From an uncultured Planctomycetaceae bacterium (GTDB taxonomy: Bacteria; Planctomycetota; Planctomycetia; Planctomycetales; Planctomycetaceae): 64,000 nucleotides of DNA. The stretch's first letter is position 1; each line of letters starts with the position of its first letter. Under the pieces are notes generated by a model. It did no database searches and was not told the DNA's origin. It saw only the letters and a program-made list of their open reading frames with translations. Positions 55,181-64,000 of this stretch are shown here, piece after piece. The stretch covers positions 32,001 to 96,000 of the forward strand of contig CAWFGE010000010.1 of assembly GCA_963815195.1 (NCBI GenBank), read 5' to 3'. Position numbers and translations under genes: made by a program.

Positions 55181-55984
55181 CTATGTCGGCTTCAACCGGT
55201 CGCCCGCTTCGCGGAAGGCGGGGGCGTTGGCGTTGAAGTTGTGGAGCAAGGGGATCAGTGTTTCGGGGGTGGAATTGGTCTTCAAGTATTGGCTCGTCAG
55301 GCTTTCGCAGTTTGGCTGAGACGCGGGGCCGTAGCAACCGTAGCAGCCGCGGTTGTAAGACGGGCAAATCGCCCCGCAGCCGGTGTGGGTGATCGGCCCC
55401 AGGCAGGGAATGCCTTGGGCGACTTCGACGCACACCGTGCCCCGGCGTTTGCAATCGAGACAGACGCTGTGCACCGGCGTCCGCGGTTTGCGGCCGGCGA
55501 TCAGCGATTTCAAGACCTCCACCAATTGGTGCCGATTGATCGGGCAGCCCCGCAGTTCGAAATCGACCCGGACATGTTCGCCGATCGCCGTGGACGTGGC
55601 GAGGGTCGAGATGTATTCGGGGCTCGCGTAAACGCAGCGGAGGAACTCCTCGTGGTCGGCCCAGTTCTTGAGCGACTGGATCCCGCCCGCCGTGGCGCAG
55701 GCTCCGATCGTCACCAGATACCGCGATTGCCGGCGGACTTCTTGAATCCGCCGGGCATCGTTCGGCGTCGTGATCGAACCTTCCACCAGAGCGATATCGT
55801 AGGGGCCGGGTTCGATGTGGCTCGTGGCTTCCAGGAAATACACGATGTCCACCGCACCGGCGATTCCCAAAAGCTCGTCTTCGCAGTCGAGCAGCGACAA
55901 CTGGCAGCCGTCGCAGGAGGCGAACTTGAACACCGCCAGCCGGGGTTTGGGCCGGACATTGGGGAGGGTTTGTTGGACTGTCAC
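55181..55984 (-). CDS. hydD: Group 3b [NiFe]-hydrogenase (sulfhydrogenase) small/delta subunit
   Basis: FKFASCDGC, VEGSITT, IGACATAGG, GCP, C-terminal Cys cluster; GTG start overlaps upstream TGA. Confidence 0.85.
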   Translation of the reverse strand: MTVQQTLPNVRPKPRLAVFKFASCDGCQLSLLDCEDELLGIAGAVDIVYFLEATSHIEPGPYDIALVEGSITTPNDARRIQEVRRQSRYLVTIGACATAGGIQSLKNWADHEEFLRCVYASPEYISTLATSTAIGEHVRVDFELRGCPINRHQLVEVLKSLIAGRKPRTPVHSVCLDCKRRGTVCVEVAQGIPCLGPITHTGCGAICPSYNRGCYGCYGPASQPNCESLTSQYLKTNSTPETLIPLLHNFNANAPAFREAGDRLKPT

Positions 55985-56835
55985 AGATCGTCCACCTTCA
56001 AAAACGGAGCGACTCGGTCGTAGCGGAACACGGGGCCGTCCTTGCAAATGAACTCGGGACCGAACTGGCAATGCCCGCAGAGGCCGATGGCGCAGTTCAT
56101 GTTCCGCTCGAGCGAAAGGTACAGGTTCTTTTCCGGGAGGCCGCGAGCTTTGGCCGATTGAATCGTGTACCACATCATGACTTCGGGGCCGCAGGTGAAG
56201 AGGATCGTCTCCTCCGGCTGGGGCAACGCCGTTCGGTCCAAAAGCAGCGTGACGACTCCGACGTGCCCGCTCCAACTGTCGGTGGTGCGGTCCACGGTCA
56301 AGTCGATGTTTAGCCCGGCGGCGCGCCAAATGTCATATTCGCGGGAATACAAGATGCCCTCGGGCGTCCGTGAACCATAAAGCAGCGTCAGTTGTCCGAA
56401 GCGGTCCCGATGATTGAGCAGTTCATAAATCACCGGCCGCAACGGAGCCAGCCCAATGCCGCCGGCGACCAGGATCACGTCTTTGCCTTCGCAGTCGGCC
56501 ATCGGCCAGGCGGAGCCGAACGGCCCGCGAAGTCCGAAGCCCGCCTTCTCGCCCAAGCGGGCGAGCGTTTGCGTGACATTGCCCGCCTCGCGAATGGTGT
56601 GGGGCAATCTTTTGACGTCGGCGGGATCGCCGCTGACCGAAATCGCGATCTCCCCCACGCCCGGCAGATAGAGCATGTTGAACTGGCCGGGCTGAAACCG
56701 ATACGCGGCAGCCACGTCTTGGTTGGGGAAGATCAGTTCATAGGTCGCAACGCCGGGCGTTTCCGGAAGGATGCGGTCGATCGTCACCGGCTGCGCGAGC
56801 CAGGGATTCGTCGGCGGGCAGGCGGCGTGGTTCAT
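55981..56835 (-). CDS. hydG: Sulfhydrogenase gamma subunit (FAD/NAD(P)-binding, 2Fe-2S)
   Basis: PGQFNML, RGPFG, AGGIGLAPL, CGPE, MNCAIGLCGHC..CKDGP. Confidence 0.87.
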   Translation of the reverse strand: MNHAACPPTNPWLAQPVTIDRILPETPGVATYELIFPNQDVAAAYRFQPGQFNMLYLPGVGEIAISVSGDPADVKRLPHTIREAGNVTQTLARLGEKAGFGLRGPFGSAWPMADCEGKDVILVAGGIGLAPLRPVIYELLNHRDRFGQLTLLYGSRTPEGILYSREYDIWRAAGLNIDLTVDRTTDSWSGHVGVVTLLLDRTALPQPEETILFTCGPEVMMWYTIQSAKARGLPEKNLYLSLERNMNCAIGLCGHCQFGPEFICKDGPVFRYDRVAPFLKVDDL

Positions 56836-57980
56836 GGGGCATCAGCCTTCTGGTTCTCGGCGGTCGTCTGCCGGATTGCGGCGACTTCTTCAGTGAGGTC
56901 GATCTCCACCGGGCACCACGTGATGCACCGCCCGCAGCCCACGCAGCCCGAAGTGCCGAACTGGTCGTGCCAGGACGCCAGCTTGTGCGTCAGCCATTGC
57001 CGATATCGGCTGCGGATGTCATTGCGGATCACGCCGCCGTTCATGTAACTGAAATCGACGTTAAAACAGGAATCCCATTGCCGCTGCCGTTCGACATGAT
57101 CGCCCGCCAGGTCGCTGACTTCCGTCACGCTCGAGCAAAAACACGTCGGGCAGACCATGGTGCAGTTCGTGCAGGACAGGCATCTTTGGGCGACATCGTC
57201 CCAGCGGGGATGATTGAGATTCCCCAAGAGCAAATCGCGGATGCCCTCGGTGTCCATTGTCTTGGTGATTTGATCGACCGCCTGCTGGCGGGCCGCGTCG
57301 GCGTGTTCGAGTTGATCGTTCGCGGCCGGGCCGGCGGGGAGTTTCGCGAGCAAGTCCCGGCCTTTGTCCGTGCCGACTTCCACCACGAAACCCTCGGCGA
57401 TTTCGGTCAACGCCAGATCGAAGCCGCTCCGGCAGCGCGGGCCGGTGTTCATGGACGTGCAAAAACAGGTCGCCGCCGCTTGGGTGCAATTCACCGCGAC
57501 GAGAAAGGCCGACGCCCGGCGGTGCTGATAGATCGGATCGACATACGGCCCGTGGAGAAACGTGCGGTCTTGCACTTCGATCGCGGCGATCTCGCAGGCC
57601 CTTACGCCGAGAAAGGCGTACTTCGTTTGATCGGGATCGGGCGTTCGCATGTCCCAACCGGTCTCGCAGCGGTCGGCCGTCGCCATGGTCGCGAAGGAAG
57701 GGAACAGAAACCGCTTCCAGGAATGCGGCCCCACGACGTAGCCGAAGTAGGCTTCATCCTCCCGGCGTTCCAGGCGGTATCGCCCCGCTTGCTGCTGGTC
57801 GGTCCAGCCCCGCGGCAGATCGTCCACGGATCGAATCTCATCATAGATGATCGCCCCCTGATCGATCGTCGGCCCGACGACTTGATAGCCCTCGGCAGCC
57901 AATGCATCGATCAGCGCCACGAGCTTGTCCGTGGGCAAGAACTCGGCGGCGGGTTGCGGTGTGGTCGGGTTGTTCGGCAC
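56832..57980 (-). CDS. hydB: Sulfhydrogenase beta subunit (4Fe-4S dicluster, AsrA-like)
   Basis: GVRAC, CFC, CLSCTNCTMVCPTCFC, CVGCGRCITWCP. Confidence 0.87.
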   Translation of the reverse strand: MPNNPTTPQPAAEFLPTDKLVALIDALAAEGYQVVGPTIDQGAIIYDEIRSVDDLPRGWTDQQQAGRYRLERREDEAYFGYVVGPHSWKRFLFPSFATMATADRCETGWDMRTPDPDQTKYAFLGVRACEIAAIEVQDRTFLHGPYVDPIYQHRRASAFLVAVNCTQAAATCFCTSMNTGPRCRSGFDLALTEIAEGFVVEVGTDKGRDLLAKLPAGPAANDQLEHADAARQQAVDQITKTMDTEGIRDLLLGNLNHPRWDDVAQRCLSCTNCTMVCPTCFCSSVTEVSDLAGDHVERQRQWDSCFNVDFSYMNGGVIRNDIRSRYRQWLTHKLASWHDQFGTSGCVGCGRCITWCPVEIDLTEEVAAIRQTTAENQKADAP

Positions 57981-57998
57981 GAGGCTTCGTTCCCTTCT

Positions 57999-58475
57999 TC
58001 AGGCGGGCTGCGTTTCCTGATACAGATCCAAAAGTTGCAACCGGGTCGCCAGCAACCGGCGGGCGACCGCGACCGCCATCCGCCGCATCACCGCATAGCC
58101 CACGTCCCGGTCGGCGTCGCAAAGCGACTGCAATTCTCCCGCGGGGAACGCAACCAATGTGGCGGCTTCGACGATCGTCGCCATCGCGGTCATCCGCTGG
58201 TCGGTCAACAACGCCGACCACGCAAGAATCTCGCCCGGCCCGATTGTCAAAATCCGCACCTGGCCGCGGCGGGGAACATGCATGTCGAGCGCCACCCGGC
58301 CTTCGACGACCAGATACAGCGTGTCCGACTCCGCCCCTTCGCGAAACAGGACCACGCCCCTATCCCTTTGCTCCACCGCCGCAAGGTTCGCGACTTTCTC
58401 GAGGTCTTCGCGGGAGAGTTCCTTGAGAAAACCGGCGGCTTTCATCAAGGCGAGAGCCGGCGGGGGCGCGGTCAT
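57999..58475 (-). CDS. Stand-alone cyclic nucleotide-binding domain protein
   Basis: LFREG, LYLVVEGRV, GPGEILAWSAL; no HTH. Confidence 0.85.
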   Translation of the reverse strand: MTAPPPALALMKAAGFLKELSREDLEKVANLAAVEQRDRGVVLFREGAESDTLYLVVEGRVALDMHVPRRGQVRILTIGPGEILAWSALLTDQRMTAMATIVEAATLVAFPAGELQSLCDADRDVGYAVMRRMAVAVARRLLATRLQLLDLYQETQPA

Positions 58476-58680
58476 GGCGAGTCCTTCCTGGGCAACGGAC
58501 GGCGGCTACTGGATTTTGGACTTGCCGAATCATAGCCCATGAAACCCATCCGGAACAAGAATCATCCTTTCGTCATGGGCACGTCGCGGCGGCTTTTGCC
58601 GCCGTCGATCCATCTCGGCGGGTGGACGCCGCCGCTACGGATGATGTGCGGACGTTACAAACGCCGAACCGCAATCGCGC

Positions 58681-58721
58681 AAAAACAAAACGCCGGCACA
58701 CCATTCGGGGCGTGCCGGCGT
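58681..58721 (-). terminator. Intrinsic terminator after the beta-barrel gene
   Basis: Minus strand acgccggcacgcc..ggtgtgccggcgt followed by tttgttttt. Confidence 0.8.
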
Positions 58722-58744
58722 CCGTTCGAAATTGATCCGCCGGG

Positions 58745-60352
58745 TTAATAGTTCCAGTTCACGCCGAAGTTGTAGCTTTGCACGTACCAGCTTGTTTCCT
58801 GATCGGTGCGGATGGCGGGGATCAGGGGGAAGCCGTTGTATTGGACGGTGCGGTTCGGGCGTTGGACGTTGTAGGCCGCCTGGATTTGATATCCGATGCG
58901 GAAGTTCGCTTCGCTCAGAAAATGCACTTTGCGGATGAGCGGGATGTACTGAAACACATGGGCCTGGAAGGAGACCTCGTGGGAGGTGATCGGCGAGAGC
59001 AAGGTGTGCTCTTGCTTTTCGTGGAACCGGGCCGTTTGACTGAAAAACCCGCTGGCCGGATCGCCCACGCCGAAACTGCTGAGTTCCAGGCGTTGGTGAT
59101 TCATCGCCAGCCCGAAGTTGGAGTGGCCGATGAGCTTCAAGTTGTCGCCTCCGACCTGAAACCGCAATCCAACCTGCGGCCCGAACAGGAACGAGTTGAC
59201 TTTGGAGACGATCTGCGATTCAAAAGGCGTGCCCGCCACGAATGATGTGGGATTTTCGAGCCCCGGCGGAACGTTGAAGGTCACGGTGCCGCCGGAGTCG
59301 GCCGCGTTTAGCATAAATTCTTCGCCGATGTATAAAAACTGCATGCCGGCGGTCGGGGCGAACTGATACCAGTCGTCTTTCCAAAAGGGCGTGAACAGCC
59401 AATTCATGTCGCCGCCCCCGGCCACGGTTTGGTAATCCAATTGAAAGAGGCGGTCATAGGTGACGTAGGTCCCGTTGATGGTGCCGTTGACGCCGTCGGG
59501 GATCCCGTCATTCAACGGCAGGGCGTTGGTAATCACGAGCGGTTTGCCGAGTGCGGATTCGGTGCGGTTCGCGATTTCCTGAGGCGTCGCATTAAAGCCG
59601 CGGGAATACAGCCAGTGCGCCTGCGGCGTATACCAGCCGGAAAAGATCATGCCGTCGCCGGTCGGCTCCTGAAATCCAAAATCGATTTTGAATCCATTGA
59701 CGGCGGGCCGGCTTTGCAGATGCCGTTCGTTGACGGCGACGTTGCTCACCGAGCCGCCCGTCTGGTTTTGGGTGGTCCCGGTCCCGCCACCGGTCGTTCC
59801 GCCGCCCAGACCGTGGAAGTTGCCCAAAAACGAATCGTATAAGACGCCGGTGTCCACAGGCAAAAACTCGGTCGCCACTCCCGCCGCCGTGTTGGTTTGG
59901 GGGGCGATGATCGACCCGACTTTCGTGGACGTGGGGCGTTCATAATGGGCAAAACGGTAATCGACGTTCGTGAAATACCGCCGGGAGGAGTTGTTTTTGC
60001 GAAGGAACCAGAGGCCGCCTTCGTTGGTGTGCTCGACGAAGCGGTTCTCGAACGGCGAAATCGCCGGCCAAGGCTTCTGATCGGGCAAATAACCCGGACC
60101 GCCATTTTGCCCAGCCGCAATCGGATCCCACGCCCCGGAGGGCGGCGGAGCCGGCGGCGGGACGACGGGACGGATTCCCGCAGGATAGCCCGGCAATCCC
60201 GGTCCCGCGGGACTCGGCGAATAAAGAGGGATGCCCGCACTTTCCCCGCCGGGAATGCTTCCCAATTCTTGCTGCTGAGCCCACGCGGCCTGACCCCCCG
60301 CAGAAAGGGCCAGTCCGCTCAAAATCGAGGCAATCCAGGGGTGTACCCGCAT
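58745..60352 (-). CDS. Outer-membrane beta-barrel protein (BBP7-like)
   Basis: Signal peptide, Pro-rich N-terminus, NSFLFGPQVG, FRIGY, terminal YNFGVNWNY beta-signal. Confidence 0.75.
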   Translation of the reverse strand: MRVHPWIASILSGLALSAGGQAAWAQQQELGSIPGGESAGIPLYSPSPAGPGLPGYPAGIRPVVPPPAPPPSGAWDPIAAGQNGGPGYLPDQKPWPAISPFENRFVEHTNEGGLWFLRKNNSSRRYFTNVDYRFAHYERPTSTKVGSIIAPQTNTAAGVATEFLPVDTGVLYDSFLGNFHGLGGGTTGGGTGTTQNQTGGSVSNVAVNERHLQSRPAVNGFKIDFGFQEPTGDGMIFSGWYTPQAHWLYSRGFNATPQEIANRTESALGKPLVITNALPLNDGIPDGVNGTINGTYVTYDRLFQLDYQTVAGGGDMNWLFTPFWKDDWYQFAPTAGMQFLYIGEEFMLNAADSGGTVTFNVPPGLENPTSFVAGTPFESQIVSKVNSFLFGPQVGLRFQVGGDNLKLIGHSNFGLAMNHQRLELSSFGVGDPASGFFSQTARFHEKQEHTLLSPITSHEVSFQAHVFQYIPLIRKVHFLSEANFRIGYQIQAAYNVQRPNRTVQYNGFPLIPAIRTDQETSWYVQSYNFGVNWNY

Positions 60353-60655
60353 CAGTTTATCCTTGACAAACAGCAGTCACGGGGGCGCAGACTCCGCTTC
60401 AAGGCTCATTGGACAACGAGCGCAAGCAAAGCACCTGCAACACCTATCGGACCTGAAGCGCGGCAAACTGTAGCGGTTATCCCGAAAAATAGGATTCTAC
60501 GGGTTGTTTGGGTGGACAGGCCTGAAAGCGGAGAGCCGCGAAAACCTCGCTCGAACATCCGGCCAGAATACCCGCTCGTCCAAGCGTCCATCCAGCAATT
60601 CAATTCGTGAATGATTCCTTCCGAATCGCCGTTGCAGGCCCACTTTTCTGAAATT

Positions 60656-60766
60656 ATGTATAGACGAGTCAACCTGGGCGCATCGGTTTGCTCGACGCCG
60701 ATCGTGGCCAACAACGTGCTGTACATTGCCAACAAAAACACGCTGTTCGCGGCTTGGGTTCAATGA
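60656..60766 (+). pseudogene. Remnant of the last blade of a PQQ-like/BamB-type beta-propeller gene
   Basis: Translates to VNLGASVCSTPIVANNVLYIANKNTLFA; no upstream coding body. Confidence 0.6.
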
Positions 60767-62883
60767 ATGTGTTGGCAAAAGTGAGCCGAAGGCGCTAGCG
60801 AACCTCGGGTTTCCATGAAGCGAAACCCACGAAATCCCGACCGGCAGCTCGCGCCGTGCCGCTCACTTTGGCGCGCAGCGGAGTCAGCGGTCGGCGTGTT
60901 GTTCCGGGCGCGGAGGGTGTTCAGAAAGGCAAGGATCCGCTGCCGTTTTTTGGTGGGCATCATAAAGAAGCGGATCGCCGCGTCGGAGCCTTCGCCGCCG
61001 TGAAAGGCGATCGCTTGCTCCACGGTGTCGGCCCGGCCGTCGTGCAGGTAGGGCGCGGAATCTCTGAGCCCCCACAACGGAGGCGTCCGCCATTCCGAAG
61101 CCGCGGGGCCTTTGGGTTTTTCCCGTTGCGCGGTCGCCCGCGGCCGTCCTGCGCTGCTCCGCGGTCCCGCATTCTCGTCCGGCTTGGGTTCCGGGCCGAT
61201 GACTTTGGGGGCCTCCTGCGTCAGCGGATCAAACTCCTGCGGCGTAAAACTGGACCCGTAGCTGCCCGAGGCTTGCAGTTTTTCGCCCATGTCGTGCAGC
61301 AACAGGTCGCTGTAAATCCCCTTGGCTTTTCCCAAGTCGGCGGCATGGCACGCCGCACAGCCGACGGACTCGAACAACTTCCGGCCGTCTTCGATCACCT
61401 CCGCCGCCTGTTTGTCATCGGGAACTTCTTGAATCGGGGCCGGCAGGTCGCGGACATAAGCCACGAGCGCATCGGTTTCCCGCTCGGTCATGTCGTGGCC
61501 TTTGCGCTCTTGCTGTTTCCCATAAGGCACGGGCGGTTGGGCGTGCTGGGGGACGTCCAATCCCAACTCGTTCGCGCACGCCGCGAGGGTGAAATCCCGC
61601 AGCGTCGCTTTTTGGGCCTTCCAGCCGAACCGGCCGATCTTGCCGTCGGGCAAATGGTGCACCCGGCCTTTGACGCGCGGATAATCTTCAAAAGTCTTTT
61701 GAGCGGCCGCTTCGATGACGGCATCCGGAATCGCGTCGATCAGCCCGGAGCCAAACAGGGCCGAGGTGTTCCGCTGCGACCGCAACAGGACAACCCGGCC
61801 ACGGTTGATCGAACCGGAAACATCCTGCCGGGCCCCGCGGCGCTGACGCTCCATTTCCTGGATGGCTTGATCGACCAGCGGAATCCCCGTCGCGCTGGTC
61901 CCACCTAAGACGAATGTTTGGTCAACCATTTGCGGCTGGGCGATGGGCTGTTGGGGCGGAGCCACGGGGGCCGGCCGGAATTGCTGTCCGGGAGCCTCTT
62001 GCACCGGAGAATCCACTTTCGGCGGATCGCTGGGAATGTCGGCGGGGACCCTTGCGGGTGTGCCTTCCGTCGGGACCTCCTCGCCGGCCTGAGCAAATGG
62101 GGCTTGTTGATCGGCAGGTTGAAATGCAGGATTGCGTTCCGGGGCCGGTTCTTCGAACGTGGCCACTGCGGTGGACGTGAACGCTGTTGTCGGATTCGGA
62201 AACGTATCCAACGTATTCACAGCGCTGGGACTGAGAAAAGGCGAAGGGACCTGAGATTGATTCAGCAACTCCTCTCGCCATTGGGAATGCTCGGGCGACG
62301 TGCCAAAGCGATGGATCACGACGCTGGAACTCTTGCGAAATTCGGGATGGATCTTGGCAAGTTCCTCGGTGATCGCCTTCCGTTGTTCCGGTGTCACGAC
62401 CGGAATAGTGGAGCCCGTCTGGTTCGGTGCTGCCGGACCGGCAAAGGGAACCGCGCCGCCACCAAATCCGCCGGGCAATGGACCTGACGTGCCGCCGGGC
62501 ATCGTCGCAGGACCAGGCCCATTAAAGACCATCGGCTGCGAGACGAACGCCGTCAAGAGTTCCACGTTTTTGCTCGAAGAGCCGCCGCCGCCCGGACCGC
62601 CCTGGTTATGGCATGCGGCGCAGGACGTGTCGTTAAACATCGGCCCCAAGCCGTCACCTTGGGGACTGCGGGGATCGTCCGGCAGCCAACTCCGATGAAA
62701 CAACTCCCGCCCCAAAGTCCACTCGTCCTCCGAGGCGTCTGTTTGAGCCGAGGCCGCTTTGGAACGCGATGGTTCCCCCGCCCGCGCGGGCAACAACCGC
62801 CCGGCCCCCCAACCGATCCCCGCGATCGCGAGGGCCAATCCCGCCAGCCACCATCCACGCCGCGTCCACAAGGTCCGTTGCAT
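60760..62883 (-). CDS. Di-heme oxidoreductase family protein (DUF1111-like)
   Basis: DGLGPMFN, two CAACH, GRFGWKA, YSDLLLHDMG, WRTPPLWG, YLHDGRA; GGAGG before ATG 62883. True stop may be 60884 (frameshift). Confidence 0.88.
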   Translation of the reverse strand: MQRTLWTRRGWWLAGLALAIAGIGWGAGRLLPARAGEPSRSKAASAQTDASEDEWTLGRELFHRSWLPDDPRSPQGDGLGPMFNDTSCAACHNQGGPGGGGSSSKNVELLTAFVSQPMVFNGPGPATMPGGTSGPLPGGFGGGAVPFAGPAAPNQTGSTIPVVTPEQRKAITEELAKIHPEFRKSSSVVIHRFGTSPEHSQWREELLNQSQVPSPFLSPSAVNTLDTFPNPTTAFTSTAVATFEEPAPERNPAFQPADQQAPFAQAGEEVPTEGTPARVPADIPSDPPKVDSPVQEAPGQQFRPAPVAPPQQPIAQPQMVDQTFVLGGTSATGIPLVDQAIQEMERQRRGARQDVSGSINRGRVVLLRSQRNTSALFGSGLIDAIPDAVIEAAAQKTFEDYPRVKGRVHHLPDGKIGRFGWKAQKATLRDFTLAACANELGLDVPQHAQPPVPYGKQQERKGHDMTERETDALVAYVRDLPAPIQEVPDDKQAAEVIEDGRKLFESVGCAACHAADLGKAKGIYSDLLLHDMGEKLQASGSYGSSFTPQEFDPLTQEAPKVIGPEPKPDENAGPRSSAGRPRATAQREKPKGPAASEWRTPPLWGLRDSAPYLHDGRADTVEQAIAFHGGEGSDAAIRFFMMPTKKRQRILAFLNTLRARNNTPTADSAARQSERHGASCRSGFRGFRFMETRGSLAPSAHFCQHIH
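60781..60866. repeat. REP-like pair, family C (degenerate)
   Basis: gtgagccgaaggcgctagc ... ccggcagctcgcgccgtgccgctcac. Confidence 0.7.
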
Positions 62884-63531
62884 ACCATCCTCCCTGTGTT
62901 GAGGTGAAGAGAACGCCATCGCTGTTCCTCTCGAATTAAAGGAAGTCCCGTGGGCCTTTGCAAGGCCCAAGACAAAAAGTCTTCGCCCGCGTCGATGATA
63001 CCAAGAAATGGCCCGGAATCCGTAACGGGAACGTAACAACCCGCCGCGTCGCGGGATGTATGAAAAACAAAGTGACGCTTCCATCGGGCCCACTGCTCTT
63101 TGTCAAAAAAGTGAAAAACGATTGGCCCCGGACGGTGCCACCACCCCCGCGGGAAAACCCTAATGACGTTGGTAGTTGTCTCTATTTCTGAGTCGCCGAA
63201 CCTGATCGCGAGGGATTGTTGTATCTCATTCAAAAACATGGAGTTACGCCAATTATTGAGCCGCGGGACCTCAAGTTTTTATTATCGTGCTGGAACCGGA
63301 ACGTCGGCGTGGCAAAAACAGGAGAGGGACGTCCGAAAAAGTCAGCTGTGATTTTTTGAAAAAATCCGTGATCCTTCGGCCTCCGTTTGCGTATCTATCT
63401 ATAGGGAAATCTTGTTTCCCTTTCCCAATGTGGATTCCCACAAGCGTTCGCGAATCGAATCCTCTGTCTCATTTCCAACACCTCCATTCCCCGAATGGGG
63501 CGCACAAATCTTTTGTCGGAGATGGTCCCTC

Positions 63532-64000
63532 ATGGCTTCCGAAAAAACTTTAGCCGCGTACACCCGCAAGGAATTGGCCCAGATCGCGAAGCACAACAAG
63601 GTGGACGGCTGGCATGCGATGAAAAAGGCCGACCTGATCGATGCCCTCAAAAACCGCCGGCTGGCCAAAATTCCGCCTGAGAAATCCCACACCGAGCGCA
63701 GTCGGGCCCTTCGCCGGGCGGACGAAACACCGTCCCGCGTCACGCTGCGGCGCACGTCCAAAGCGTCGTCCGACCAAAAGCCCGCCACCCCCAGGCCGCT
63801 CCGGCTTAAGGCAAATGCCGCCGGCGGACAGAGCGAACGCATCGCCGCCCGCCCCCTCGGTTCGAATTGGATTTACGCCCATTGGCTGTTGACGAGCCGG
63901 ATTCTCGACCGGGCGGAAGCCTCCCTGGGCTCGCATTGGCATCGGGCGGTGCCCGTGCTGCGGATGTTCGACATCACCGCCTGCGACGAGACGAGCCCTA
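63532..64000 (+). CDS. DUF4912-like protein with Rho-N/HeH-like N-terminus (runs off window)
   Basis: YTRKELAQIAK..GWHAMKKADLIDAL; WIYAHW..RAEASLG..WHRAVPVLRMFD; open to the window end. Confidence 0.75.
   Translation, partial: MASEKTLAAYTRKELAQIAKHNKVDGWHAMKKADLIDALKNRRLAKIPPEKSHTERSRALRRADETPSRVTLRRTSKASSDQKPATPRPLRLKANAAGGQSERIAARPLGSNWIYAHWLLTSRILDRAEASLGSHWHRAVPVLRMFDITACDETSP

Noticed and set aside
60455..60510. c-di-GMP-I riboswitch (ggcaaac...gaaa)
   Set aside because: Lacks the downstream GCAAAGC element and lies on the strand opposite the adjacent gene
16160..62883. Mass pseudogenisation or programmed frameshifting (sulfatase, LamG-like, protease, Fic, DUF5682, HEAT, P-II-like, dehydratase, di-heme genes)
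   Set aside because: Single-base shifts are scattered over unrelated genes, several fall in short homopolymers, motifs are otherwise intact and no slippery-site pattern is shared. Long-read indel error is the simpler explanation; raw reads are needed to confirm.

Overview
GC-rich bacterial DNA, almost certainly from a planctomycete. Evidence: two DUF1501 genes, a PVC-type heme CxxCH protein, a BBP7-like beta-barrel, an 'LEDRTLL' planctomycete extracellular motif, a DUF4912-like gene and sulfatases. About 40 CDS are present: secreted repeat proteins, a 1.6-kaa subtilase with four tandem binding modules, sulfatases and sugar-metabolism genes, an accessory stretch (DUF4419, Fic, small zinc-finger ORFs, orphan antitoxin-like, DUF5682-VWA), an ECF sigma three-gene unit, and a group 3b [NiFe]-hydrogenase-type operon without its large subunit. 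About ten genes carry single-base frameshifts, several in homopolymers, so this is probably an error-prone long-read assembly rather than mass pseudogenisation. Intergenic space holds at least six families of REP-like palindromes. The best 'second look' signals are: (i) a ~200-nt structured ncRNA candidate with its own promoter and terminator at 40721-40920 (-), converging on an orphan SbtB/P-II-like gene that lies behind a sigma54-type promoter, phased TGCA boxes and a ~520-nt leader; (ii) the hydrogenase operon missing hydA, with an AT-rich gene bracketed by a duplicated 5' end of the next gene at exactly that position. No rRNA, tRNA, CRISPR array or transposase was recognised. All family assignments come from motif recognition by eye, not database searches.
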